Shown: positions 27,660 to 41,085 of the stretch, piece by piece
Layout of the letters: each line of letters begins with the position of its first letter
Numbering within the stretch: the stretch's first letter is position 1
Assembly (NCBI GenBank): GCA_043228905.1
Contig: JBHGNT010000011.1
Location: 18,290,001-18,354,000 of the forward strand
Origin: Azolla caroliniana
Taxonomy: Eukaryota; Plantae; Polypodiophyta
DNA: 64,000 nucleotides
Direction of reading: 5' to 3'
Notes under the pieces: model-generated
Databases searched by the model: none
The model's input: only the letters and a program-made list of their open reading frames with translations
Told to the model about the DNA's origin: nothing
Translations under genes and position numbers: made by a program

Positions 27660-28389
27660 TCATATCTTTGACGTATCCGCAATGTGAGATTGGAGATGTC
27701 GATGTTTGACAATATACTTGAAAAAGGTGATTGAAATAATACTTGATAAGCGGAAAGGGACGAACATGATGGTCTCCATAAAGAGCGTAATTCCTGAGTC
27801 GGCATGGATAAATCCTCTCCCAAGCGTCCCCAAGTAAAAACCAAGGAGGGTTGTGGTCACCATGAAAGTGCCAGACTTAATGCCATCAATAATGCACGTT
27901 GCCACAGAATCTGGCAATTCCGTGTACTTGGTATTGAGGTTCACCCACTTCAGTAAAAACTGTATTTCCTTCGCTTGTTCAGCTGCAAACATTGATCACC
28001 ATCCCAAAGACACTCTTAACAGTTAGCCCAATCATATCAATATATATATATGTATGTATGTATTTATTTATTTATATATGCATATACATATACATTTCCT
28101 TGAGAGTAAATACTTGCCATTGTGATTTCCCTGTGCTACTCTTGACCTTTCATCGTCAATGAGGAATGATGTGTTTGTAAATCCAGGACATATCAAGCTC
28201 ACTTTGATGTTGTATGGAAGGAGCTCAAATCTCAGGCCTTCTGCTAACCCTTTCAGTGCATACTTTGTTGCTGTATACACACTATGACCATACATGCAGA
28301 ACTAGAAAGGAAGAACAGAAAAGTTTGTGTATTACTACAGTCTACTACCTTCTTCATTTCTCTCTCTCTCTCTCTCTCTCTCTCTATAC

Positions 28390-28444
<55 letters not shown>

Positions 28445-30567
28445 GTATATTATATACATATATAATGTGATGTGCATGTTATACTTGCTTAAGGTTATGT
28501 AAGGGGCAATACCATAGATGAGAGGGATCCAATGATGACGATGGAGACTGGCTGACTGCGACTATGTGCTTTGAGGAGTGGGAGAGCAGTGTGGAGAGCA
28601 TTGATGGTGCCCATTAGGTTTGTGTTCACTGTGAGTTCCAGGTCCTCCATCTTTCCATCCCCTAAGTATCCACCACGAGTTAAACCCGCATTGCACACCA
28701 TAACATCGATCGCCTTCCATTCATGAGCCCTTTTGATGGCACTTGACAGCGCCTCGAAATCTCGGACATCTGCCGCCTACACCCCACATTTACATCTTCC
28801 AACCGTTACTTGATGCAATGCAATGCAATGACTGAATCACACCATAAGATCACAAGACTCTCAACCGAATGTGCTAGAGGATAGGATTGCAAGCATTAGG
28901 CATGATATAGAGATAACTGATTGTGTTTAACCTTGCGGATGGTTATTGTGAATGGACATGATATACCATCAATCCCATGCATATTCGTGCTATCTCTGAT
29001 CATGGTAATAGGTATAGAGACATACCATCACAATTACATCATGGTCTGGTATATGCATATTCATGTTTGTCGGACATATTCTACCATTATTACCATGTAT
29101 ACATGACATGCCAATATCCATTGTCATAGCCATACATTATAGATATCCCGTTGTCATAACCATGGATATGACACTTTGTGTATACCATCATTATATCATG
29201 CATATGCAATAATATAATATGGGATCTTGACGTATCAATGTTATGGGATTCCAGATTCCTATATGAGAACTTACATAGTATAGTAATTCATATACATTGT
29301 TGGCCGGCCAGGACAACTAGAAGCGTGAAAAAGAACAAGACACCGAGCGCAGGAAAAGTAGGACCAACCAACAAACAAAGAATGCGCCAAACTACCTAAC
29401 AAAGAAAATAGTTGTAAACGCGCCATGCTTCCGAGCAATAAGAAGCATGGAAACCTATAAATACCAAGTGGTTTGTAGAGGAAGAGGAAGAGGACAATAG
29501 ATGTATTGTTTTCGAAGGTAAGGTTACATTGAGGTAAGCTAGTGTGATACCGACAATCGATCGGTACTTGTAACTATGGGTGCTCTTAATATATCATTTG
29601 TTCTTGTGGGCTAATCTAGTGTGTTGAACTTGTGTTCCAAGTGTTTTGTCTATGTAATTGTAAGTCTGTAATCAGTTGTAGCCGATTCGATAGGATAACC
29701 TCTATTGTGCTCCTTAAGATGTTAAGAGCCTTATGTATTCCTGAGTGTGGTGTGGGACAGACAAGCTGGGTACTCTAGCAATAGTCCTCAGTAAACCCTT
29801 GGGGTCGACTTACCTCCCCCTAGCTCCTGTTCGGCTAAATAAATAGTCGATGGCACAACCTTAAATCCCTTCCTCCTTCCCACTACAATCACCTTGATCC
29901 GGTTACTCGGAAGTAGTAACCGCGAGAGTGTTCCTCCGGAAAGAGGTAACATACATAGTCCACAATACTAAATTTAACAAACTTTTATTGACGATACCAA
30001 TTTCCACAACTTTTTACCAACTCTAGTTTTTGCAACATTTATACCAACAACACTAACGGTAGCAATAGTTTTTTTATTTACCAATGACACTAGTTGTAAA
30101 TAACCTTTTTTTGTTTTACTGCAACTAGTTTTGAACAACTTTTCTTTATGGATACTAATTTCAACTGATTTTTTTACCCAGGATTGGTGTAGATTCATTG
30201 ACTTCTGGTTACATAGATTCAGAGCCAAAAAGTATGAGGACATTTTCGTTATGCCTATAAAAACTTTTACCTCGAAATGGATGTGATCAAGACCACACTG
30301 AAGCTCTGCGACCAGGTAATCGACAGCAGAGGAAAGTCTAGAGGAGCTTCTTGACACGAGAGTAACGAATGCGCCGTCGGCAAGGGCCTTTTTCGTGAGT
30401 GCGAGGCCGATACCGCTCGAGCCCCCGGTGACGAAGACATGCTTTCCTTTGAGAGATTTGATGAAAGCCCTTCTGGATCTGAGTGTGGTAATGGTGGCAG
30501 TCCAGAGCATGGCAATGAAAACAACCATGATGGTGAAGAAGCAAAAGAACATGGTGGGAGAAACCAT
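27660..30567 (-). CDS. TSC10: 3-dehydrosphinganine (3-ketodihydrosphingosine) reductase, TSC10/KDSR-like SDR, ~355 aa
   Basis: N-terminal TM segment, HVFVTGGSSGIG Rossmann motif, CNAG, catalytic YTATK, GLAEGLRFEL and ICPGFTNT. Exons 30567-30271, 28776-28513, 28301-28118, 27982-27660 (1068 nt). The last intron needs a GC donor. Confidence 0.85.
29298..29951. mobile_element. Solo LTR, 654 bp, in TSC10 intron 1
   Basis: TGTT...AACA termini with a 5-bp TSD TACAT (29293-97 and 29952-56). Internal TATAAATA at ~29456. Confidence 0.9.
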
Positions 30568-31279
30568 GGCTATGAGAAAGAGAGAGACTAGGAAGAATTT
30601 GATAAGAGTAGTAGTGGTGCCATGACTTATCTATCTATCTATCTATATATATATATGATCAAAATATTTAGTGAGACTTTCTTTTGTTGTTGATGCAAAC
30701 TCCATAAATCATTGGCAAATAATGATCAGAACACAAATTTTGTTGGCTGTTTTTTTACCTTTAATTTAAAAGTTTTCTCTGATTTATTTATGTTGATTTT
30801 TGTCTTTCTCACCACCCCAACATAGGTGTGATTGATGAAGACAAGCTTCTATGTCCTGAGTGAGGGAGATTTAAATGAGAAAAGACTCCTACACCTAATC
30901 TCATGATCATCAATGAGGCTGACCTCCATCCACAGTGTATGCAAATGACAAGCAAATGCCAGTGGACTGAAAAGAATCCAAACAAATGGGGAGAAACCAT
31001 GGCTACTAGATAAAGGACATACAGTTTTTTTTATCACACATGGTGGTCACACACAATTAAAGAGATATTTGTTAGTAGTGAGACTTTTGTTTTGGAGGGC
31101 TGGTGGTTGTGTTTTTGGTGCATCATTTAATGTAAAAGAAGTTTTGAAGGCTAAAGTTTCTTTCCTTTTCTTTGTCTGCTTTTAAGTTTTTGAGGACCTC
31201 AATTTGGTGAAGAGATAACTTCAAAAACATTGTTATGGACTTCAAATGCTTTCTTCTTCTTCCTTTTTCCGATGCCCTG

Positions 31280-31930
31280 AGGTGTCCCGATCCTTCCTTA
31301 TCCGAGATTCCCGTGACAATAAGCCTTTCAAGTCTCAAGATGGCTCGCTACATTGACACTCTTTTGTTTCGAGCCTCGGGGAGGTATGCGGAGTGACCGT
31401 GAAGCTTTCATCATTGAGCTTGAAACTCAATTCCGGTTCCCCCGAGATGTCCCAATCCTTATCCGAGATTCCATCCCATGACAACAAGCCGTTCAAATCT
31501 CGGGAGATGTGCTGAGTGATGATGTTCGGCTTTAATCACCGGGCTAGGAATTTAATTCTTGCCCCCCTCTCCATTTCCGCATACATCATCACATATTTTT
31601 GGCCCTAACTCTTGTCGGGGAATGATTGTGAATTCCAACTTTACTATGAATTTCTATGGCATAATCATTGGCTTGAACCTTAACTCTAGGTCCCCCCCCC
31701 TCCATGTCTACACATCACAAGTTTGACAGTTGTCCCTGAACTGTTCTTGACAAATGATTGTGAATTCAACTTTATTATGAATTTCTATATTATAATCATT
31801 GGGCTTACAACTTGATTAATGATCCCCCAACCCATTTCCACATCATCACATTTTTTTTGCCCATAATTTTTGTCTGCCAAATCTTGCAAATCCAATTCTA
31901 TTAGGAATTTCTATTGTATCCAAAGATAAT
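31280..31930. repeat. Degenerate tandem repeats (~130-170 bp units)
   Basis: ccttatccgagattcc..gacaa.aagcc x2; aatgattgtgaattc.aacttt..tatgaatttctat..ataatcattg x2-3. Confidence 0.6.
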
Positions 31931-33814
31931 TGATAAACATGATGTCTTATACCAAATACACCATAACCCCAATATCTCAATAAATGAAAAAATATTTGAG
32001 TTTGTAACATTGGCCACTTTGACCCAACATGAATGGAGTCCTACACTACCCACCCGCACATGTATGCCCAAAAATATTGTGATGCCTCATAAGTGATAGA
32101 GTGAAATGTGTTATATTCCAACAAGTTACATAGACTAAATACAATATTTCTCTTCCTAAAGGCATCTCCCAAGGGCCATCTCCCAATCATAACCCTCCAA
32201 AGAAACAACTTAGCTCTAATCGGAAGAAGGGATCACCAACCCATGCCTAACACATTATACCACCACATGATCACATTGCGGGCTTTCTATTCCTTACACC
32301 CTTGTAAACTTATCCTCCATCACTCATAACTATGAATAATGTTATGATAAGCAACAATTGTTTTTAAGTTAAGAAGTGAATGTCCAATCAACCTCCTCTA
32401 GGTAAACTCAAGGAAATTTGGAATCGGGTACTAGAAAGTTTCTCTCCTTGCATCTTAGGCCAATATATGATGACTATAGTTACGAGGAATGTGAAATCTT
32501 GTCCTAGTTGTTCAAAATGCTATGATTTGTTGTTAAGTAGCCAACTTAGCATAGATCCTATTATAGTCAAACCCAACTTCACCATTAGGATTGTAATGAA
32601 GTTTATACCCTCCCATCCCAACATTTGTGTTGCTGACAATACCTCTCTCTATAATGAACTAACATTCTCCAAGTCTTTTTTTTTTGGGGGGGGGAGGGGG
32701 GATGCCACTACATGTATTCTAACACGTTGTACAAGTAAGCCACCAATGTTAATCATCACAGATCTCGAACATTTCATGGACATATCATTTCACGAGGGTG
32801 CTATCTTTGTTTTTCCAATTGCCATCAATACCTACTTTCTCTACAAAGAATGCAACCATTTCTATCTAACGTTGTTTTCCGTGTAACAGAACTCTTAGAA
32901 ACTAAACTTTGCAATCTAACATATGGTCACGACTCACACATATTCAATATATCAACAACCCCAATCTCTTTAGAATGGTAGTATGATTCCATGCCACCTA
33001 AGCAAGGTGCACACTGCATATGTTCAATGTTGTTGTGCTTATTGCATATACAAAAAGAACAATTCTTAGGTTGGTTTCTCCATGATATTATAGTGATGCT
33101 TCCTTGATGTGAGGCAAAAGCTTGTAAACAAATATGAGAGAAGTGATACAACCAAATGTTTGAAAGAGTGTCAATATTTCCCTACAAGATTGGGACATGG
33201 ACGTGGTGATGGAGCTTTTTAATTTGTTTAGTGGTACTTACGTTGCTAGTTGGAAACTTCAAATTGTGGTGAAAACTTAGATTTTTTTTTGCTGCAAAGA
33301 GTCAATTAGATTCTTGAGTTTTTATAAGCATTCAAAGTAAAAAGTAGGAATTTGAAAAAGGATTTCCTTGATTTCTAGGCAATCAAGTAGGAATTGTTCC
33401 AAGAATTTAGCTACCTATAGTTGGTTTTGACCAAACAGCTGATTTTCGCACATAGGTAATTGAAAAGGGCCTAAATTTTGTCCATCACAAAAACTTGCAT
33501 GATTTGAAAGTCTATGTTGAATTTGTCCAAATAGTGAAAATTTTCCAAACCTTTGCCTACGAAGATTTTGTAAATGAGGTGCACTTATTCTCTATAGAAG
33601 TGCTTTGGTGAGTGCACCATTTCTTAAGATGTGTAAGATTACTTCCGATGCTAAGGATCCTTTTGATGTTTGATGTCATGCTTGATGCATCTGGTTTATT
33701 ATCAATCTCACTTGCTAGTTGCTTGGAGATGGGCTTCTCTTACTTTCCCCAAGTGTAGTATGTTGTACTTAACGCATGTGTATTAATGGTTATATATTCA
33801 ATAGATACTTTATA

Positions 33815-34120
33815 GGGAAAAGTACCAGGATACCCCTGGAAGTTCGTCTATTTACCAGAATGCCCCTAGTAGTTCCAAATTTACCAAACTACATCTATGT
33901 CCAAAAAATTATAAAGTAATTATACACTCAAATCTACAAGTCCTATTTACCAAAGATGGTAGAAATGGACCCGAACTAGCCCTATTTACCAAAGATTTGA
34001 GTGTATAATTACTTTATAAAGTGTAATTTTTTGGACATAGGGGTAGTTTGGTAAATTTGGAACTTCCAAGGGAATTTTGGTAATTAGACGAACTTCCAGG
34101 GGTATCTTGGTACTTTTCCC
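33815..34120. mobile_element. Mutator-type MITE (fold-back), 306 bp
   Basis: ~120-bp TIRs (gggaaaagtacca... / ...tggtacttttccc) with a 9-bp TSD TACTTTATA (33806-14 and 34121-29). Confidence 0.92.
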
Positions 34121-35019
34121 TACTTTATATTTGAATCGATGATCAATCAATTGCATTGAAATTTGCTTGACTTTGGCCATCTTTACTTTTGTTTTTATCA
34201 TTAATGTATTTGAATTATTGCCCATTATGTTAGTACCTACCGGCCATAGCTAGTTGTAACTCGTGTGTTTATCATCTTACCTTATGTTGTATTACATATT
34301 TCTTTCAATGCTCATTTCAACGTAGTCTTACTGCATAACATCATGAGCCATAAATATAGCTAGATAGCCTACTTCTTTAATCCTTGTAAGACAACTTATA
34401 CTATTCTAGACAATGATTTCTACATTCAATTTGTACTTATGAAATCCTATCATGAGTCATAAAGATAGGACGTCGAAGTACAAATTGAATGTAGATAGAT
34501 ATACCATAACGTCTCACCCCTATGATTTTGTTTAAAGTAAAAAAGAGTTGTTTTACACACAAGCTTAGTGTGTCATTGTGTTAATCATGAATCACACATT
34601 CCATATATGTATGGTAAGAAAAATGTCCTCATTGGTTTTTCTCCACAATATTCCAAGGTCATTTACATGATATTATACATATATTTCTATGATGGAATAA
34701 AACTTTCAAGAAATTGAGAGTTTTAGCATGGTCTCCCACTTCTTGTCTTTTTTAGTTTGGGAACCATTTGCATGATTAACATGCAATTTTTAACAAGGAA
34801 AATTATCCCCAATGTTTTAGTTCCTTTTTCCAACTTGAGACATTTTAATTGTTCATCGAGTTCCTTTGGCGTGATTATTTATTTATTTATCTATTAAGGG
34901 GAAAAGGGTTGCCATTTCATAGATGTCATGTCTTCTTTCTTGTTTACAAACAGACAAAATCTAAGCACCCTTTGCATTTAATAAAAAATATATGTTTTAG
35001 ATCATCCTAAGTTTTTATA

Positions 35020-35235
35020 ATTCCTTGTATTGATGTTGGAAACGGGCCCATGAAGTCCCATCCCAGCATCTCGAAAGGTTCCTTGACCTCAATGGGTGTC
35101 AAGGTACCGTATGTGGATTGTGGGTTTTTTATGGCCTGACATGTGGGGCATGTTTGTAGGAATGTGGAGATAGACTGTCTTAATTTTGGCCAATAATACA
35201 TAGAACGAATGCGATGGAGAAGCTTATGGAAGCCA
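35020..35235 (-). mobile_element. Ty3/gypsy-type integrase fragment (H2C2 zinc finger to start of core)
   Basis: GFHKLLHRIRSMYYWP...CPTCQ...PFEMLGWDFMGPFP. Confidence 0.75.
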
Positions 35236-38200
35236 AAAGGAGATAATGTGAATACGTCCATTAGAAGCCCGTATTCAACACTCCCCCGTAATGGGCGTAT
35301 ACATTTGAAATATGTAGACCGAAATGAATGTACAATACAGATTGATACAAGGTTTACGAACAATCGAGAATTCTTTCGAGTTGGTGAACTTCGAAGAGCA
35401 GAAGGTTGGATTGGCCGAGTTCGGAGAGACTGAAGCCGAAGTTCGAACTATCCGAGAAACGTCTTGAGTGTTCGATTTAATAAAATTGATTCTTCATTAC
35501 GCCCATTCGATGCCGAAGGGATCAAAATCGATCCAGCTGGAGACACTTGGTCATTGCATCCACAACGTTGTCGGCTGTAGGTACCTTCTCAAGGCCGATT
35601 TTCCCTAAAATGACACAGTTCCGAACAAAATGATATCGAACATTGATATGCTTGGAGGCGTTGTGATGAACCTGATTTTTCAACAGAGCAACAACACCCT
35701 GACTGTCACTGTAAACAATTGGAGCCGAGTTGATTTCGGCTTGTCGAAATGTATAGGCTAGCTGACCGAACCATAAGGCCTCTTTTGCCGCATCGGACAC
35801 GTCTACATATTCGGCCTCGGTCATTTATGTGGCGGTGCACTCCTGAAGTTTCAATTTCCACGAGATCGCTCCATTGCCGAGTTTAAAACAATATCTGGTT
35901 GTCAATTTACGACTGTCTATGCAACCTGCAAAGTCTGAGTCGGTGTATCCGACTACGCCTAAGATGTCGTTCGGGTCGAATAGAATACCAAGGTCTTTTG
36001 TGCCCACTAGATATCTGAACACATGCTTGACTACATTCCAATGCGATCAGTCAGGATTTTGCATAAATTTGCTGACGACTCCGACGGCATGAGCGATGTC
36101 GGGCCGTGTCGCGACCATCGCGTACATCAAAGAGCCGACTGCCGGTGCATATGGTACCGATCTCACAGTATCCCCCTCCGGACCGGATGTTGGACAGTCA
36201 CGTTGAGATAGCCAAGTGCTAATAGGGAGTGGGGTTGAGGCAGATTTCAACTTCCCGTGAAGCCGACCACGTGTTGTGAGCTAGGCCTTCGTGAAGGGTT
36301 GGCACATCGAAGAAAATTACCTTTTGGACTTCGATGGGTTTTTCGACCGATTGATGCATGGCCAATTCGTTGAACACAACGTCCGAACTTCGAACGATTT
36401 GTCTGTGCTCGGGGTCCAGAGTCGGTATCCTATTTCGCTATTTGGTCCATAACCGAGGAAAATACATTTCCTAGACCTTACTGCAAGTTTGTGGCGATCA
36501 TCTTTCGGGATGAGGGCGTACGCCTCGCATATGAAAATCCTCGGCTTGTCGTAATTCGGTTTACTGCCGGTCCATAGTTCCTGAGGGATCCAAAGTCCTA
36601 GAGGCCTGCTCGACGACATATTGATTATGTGTACTACCGTAAGTAGGGCCTCTGCCCATAAACCATCCGACAGTCCGGAGTGTTGGAGCATAGAAACTAT
36701 CCTTTCTTGAATTGTCCGATTCATTCGCTCGGCAATTCCATTCTGCTCCGGACTGTGGGGTGCCGTAAATTCACATTTGATGCCAGGTTGTCGGCAAAAT
36801 TTGACGAATTCCTCTGATTTGAACTCTCCCTCGTTATCGGTCTGAAAGCATTTCAGTTTTTGGCCGGATTGATTCTCTACCATAGCAAGCCAATCAGAGA
36901 AGATCGAGAACACTCAATGTTTCCTTTTGATCGAATAAACCCACACCTTCTGAATTGAGTCGTCAATGAAGCTGACGAAATACAAAGCACCGCTAAGAGA
37001 TTGATGTGGGATGGGACCACAGACATCCGTGTGGACCAAATCGAGCGGACTCGATTCTGTCGGGGCGGATGATGGGTGTGTAGCGGCTGTCTGTTTGCCG
37101 TATTGGCAATGCTCACAGAATTGATGATCCGAGAAGGAGAGTTTGGGGATGTATCTGACTTTGGATAAGTGCGTGACACCGGCCTTGCTGAGGTGTCCAA
37201 GTTGTCCATGCCATAGTGATGACACGTGGATGTCAACCAAAAACAGGTCACCCTCTGTGAGTGTGATGTACAAAGGATACAATGAGTGTATCTTCGGTCC
37301 TCGCGCAAGCAGGAGGTTCCCCTTATGGAGCGCCCACCCTCCTGATGAGAAGCCAACACGAATGTTGTCTTCATCCAATTGTCTGACTGAGATTAGTGGA
37401 CTTGAGAGCTCAAGTACATGTCGGACATTGCGTAGTACTAATGTAGAACCACCTGCAAGGTTGAGCTCTACTGTGCCGATTCCAATTATGTCGCAGTGTT
37501 GCAAATTTTCTACTTGTACTGAATCGGAATGTCGGGCAGTGTATTGCCAGAATTGGGATCGATGAGGAGTCACATGAAAGGACGCACCCAAGTCTAAGAG
37601 CCATGTGCTCAATTCTTCAGTCGTAAGCAAAACTTCTAATTCGATTGGGTTCTCAATTGATAATATGTTCAGGTCGTTTGATAATACTTCGGCTGTAGAG
37701 CCAATGTAGTTGATCTCCTCGTGTTGGCCACTCTTCTGCTCGGCTCATTGAGCCTTATCGTTTTTGGCGTTGAGTGCACGACAATCGGCTTTGATGTGTC
37801 CAGGTTTCTTGCAGTAGTTGCAGACTCGATTATCCCAAGACTTGCTCTGACTTCACTAATTGTTTGGCTATCATGAAGAACTTCTTCCACGGTTGTTCGA
37901 TCGGTTGGTTGAACCTTGTACTACATAAGTGTTGTTGGTTGAATCGTTCGCAAACGATTTTCTCTGAGCTGCTTCAGTCAGAATTGCACTTGTGACTAAG
38001 GAGTACTTGACGACAGCTATCGACGCATTGCACACAGTTGTAATGAAAGTTTCCCACGAAGGAGGGAGACTACTCATGAGCAACATTACTTTTAGGTCAT
38101 CCTCGATAATCGTCCCCTGGGCCGAAATTTGGGAGCTTAAGCTTTTGTACTCGTTCAGGTGTGCCTAGACCGAGTCAGACTCTTTCATCCGAATTTTATA

Positions 38201-39315
38201 AAGGCGCCAAATTAGGTATATCTTGGTGGCGACGACCTTCTTTTCGTAAGTGTTGGAAAGTGTCTCACATATTTGGAGGGCAGTCGAACACGATTGCACC
38301 GTGAAGTACACAGACTCCAATAGGTGCATCCGAATGGTGGCTCGGACGATTCTGTCAAGCTTTTCCCATTCAAGAGGCTTGTATCCTTCTAGAGGGTCTC
38401 CATTCTCAATGGGGTCAATTTGCCCCTTGACTATTAAATAGTCCTGCATTTGCTTCTTCCAGAAGTGGAATTTCGATCCGTCAAACTTCCTTAGACTCAT
38501 CTCTGACGAGCTGGATGTTGATGCCATATGTGTTGGTTTAATAGACTTTGTTTGGAGTCAGCTACGAATTGTGGTGGAGTGCAACAGGCAAGCTCACTCG
38601 ATGTCGTTCTAATTGGAGTTGGACACAAGTCGTGTCGGTTTCGAATATAGATGAATCCTGTTCGGAATGACTACAATGAACTGACTTAGTCAAATTGAAC
38701 CCGGATTTGATTGTTCGATTTTGAATGTTGATTTTTCCGAGATTTCTCAACACTGATTATTCCAGGCCGATCCTGTTTCGGGTAACTGCAACGATGAGAG
38801 GGATGGAGCAACTAGTCCTCCCGAGTGTCATTTAGCCGAATGAAACACAGATTGGGGTTGTCTCTCTTCGTCAGATGTGATTTCAAGAGGAGTTGCCAAT
38901 CGAGATCTTCAAGGTGTACAGGAGAAGAGTTGCTGATGGAGGTTAGATAGATGGCGGTAGTGGAATCAAATAAACATCGTTATGATACCATATGTTGGGT
39001 ACACCGTCATCTAATGTGGAACAAGATCAACAGTCTTTTAGGATAAGATAATAAATGGATGCAAGTTTATAGCTTTGATGGCAGCGAAAATAGAAAAGAA
39101 ACCAACTAGTACACAAGAGAGAGAGAGACAGTTAGGCACAATGTCAAGAGTGTATTACAACTTAACGTGACCCACACCCAACTAGATTACAAAGTCAGCT
39201 TATATACTGACTGGCTTAGGGCAACTACCGTCTCACTATTTACATAAATAACCTAAGCCTAGTGTGTACAAAAGGAGATAATGTGAATACGTCTATTAGA
39301 AGCCCGTATTCAACA
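35234..39315 (-). mobile_element. Defective Ty1/copia element (RT core deleted, 3' LTR truncated)
   Basis: 5' LTR 39315-38993, PBS TGGTATCATA (38990-81), gag (38527-37870), protease WLLDLGAS, GAG-pre-integrase, integrase, then a jump to the late RT region and RNase H (YTDSD, EAEY, KHINVRYHF). PPT GGGGGAG at 35287-81. Only ~47 bp of the 3' LTR remain (35234-35280). Confidence 0.92.
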
Positions 39316-41085
39316 TTGTCCCCATAGGCCAAGAAGACAGGTAAACCAAATAGTTGCTAGTTCTAATTGTATTAAACCCAAGTCTATTTCAATAGGAATA
39401 TTTGATAGTCCTAATAGTACTAATAGCCCAAATCTATCGAACAAATTTGATGTCCTTAGTCAGTTAGAAGAAGAGTCAAATGACTAAGTCCAGCCAAAAT
39501 AGGAGCCGTTTGGTTGGATAGCCCTAGATCTGTGCAGCCTATTAGTGGTTCCATTCCCTCTAAGCAAGTTAGCAATGTGTTCTTAGCTCAAGTAACAGTT
39601 AGTACTAAAAGTACCCCTCCAGTACATGTCTTAGCGCTCCTAGATTCCAGAGCTAATTCTTGCTTCATGGATAGGAATTTTGCCCAAGCTTATCAAATAT
39701 CCCTAAGAAAACTCCCTTGTCTAGCCTCTGTAGTAGTCATTGATGGTCGTCCCATTGCTTCCGGATATATCATAGAAGAGTCAGAGCAAGTTAATATTGT
39801 CCTAGATAATTTAACGTGTGTGCTATCATTTAATATAATTAGTAGCCCAGAACATCCCATTGTTTTGGGATTACCATGGTTCGATTTACATAACCTAGAC
39901 ATAGATTGGAGAACACGAGAAATATGGTATCGACAAAGCAAGATTGCAACCATTTTGCTACATCAATTGCGTGAGGAAGGACACAAGGAAGCAATGTTTG
40001 TCTTCGCAGTATCAATAAAACCTTCCAACACCACTAAAGAGGAGTCCACCTTTCAACTTCCAGAGAAGTATCGTCATTATGTTGATGTGTTCGATAAGGT
40101 ACAAGCCAATATGCTTCCTCACCACCGACCGTATGATTGCTCCATTGATTTACAACCGGGAAAAGAGCCACCATGGGGACCGATCTAAAATTTGTCACCA
40201 ACCAAGGTAGAAGTCCTTCGAGCCTATATAGAGGAGAATTTGGCAAATGGTTTCATTTGACATTCAAAATCTTCAGCCGACGCACCCATTTTCTTCGTCA
40301 AGAAAAAGGATGGAGCACTTCATCTCGTCATAGATTACCGTGGTTTGAATAAGGTCACCATTAGGAATAGGTATGCACTTCCCCTTATCTCAAGTCTTTT
40401 AGAACGGATCAATGGTGCAAGGTTCTTCACAAAGATCGACTTACGAGGAGCATATAACCTCGTACGGATCTGACCAGGAGATGAATGGAAAACCGCGTTT
40501 TGCACCAAATATGGGCACTTTGAGTATATAGTCATGTCATTCGGTCTCACTAATGTGCCTACGGTCTTCCAACACATGGCAAATGATATATTCCAAGATC
40601 TCTTGGATGTTTGTTTGATCCTGTATTGGGATGATCTATTGGTTTATTCGAAGACCCAAGAAGAGCATGATTCTCATGTACTATTAGTACTAAAACAACT
40701 TCGAGAACATACTCTTTATGCAAAACTGGAAAATTGTCGTTTCGAGTGCAACCAAGTGAAATTTCTGGGCTATGTCATCTATTCGGAAGGCATCTCGATG
40801 GATCCAACTAAGGTCAAAACTGTGGTAGAGTGGCAGAATCCACGTTCATTGTGAGATGTGCAATGCTTTTAGGCTTTGCCAGTTTCTACTGCAAGTTTAT
40901 ACAAGATTACTCAAATCTTATTCTGCCTCTCACACAGCTTACCAAGAAGGGGCAATCGTTTGTTTGGTCTGAAGAAGCGGACATGGCTTTTGAGAGTATT
41001 AAGAAGGCATATACATCAGCTCCTATTCTAGCGTATGTTGATCCGGGAAAACCATTCATCATTGAGGCAGACGCGTCGGATTTCG

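Noticed and set aside
33300-33780. Possible hAT transposase C-terminal remnant (SLASCLEMGFS-like)
   Set aside because: Too degenerate to support without an HMM search.
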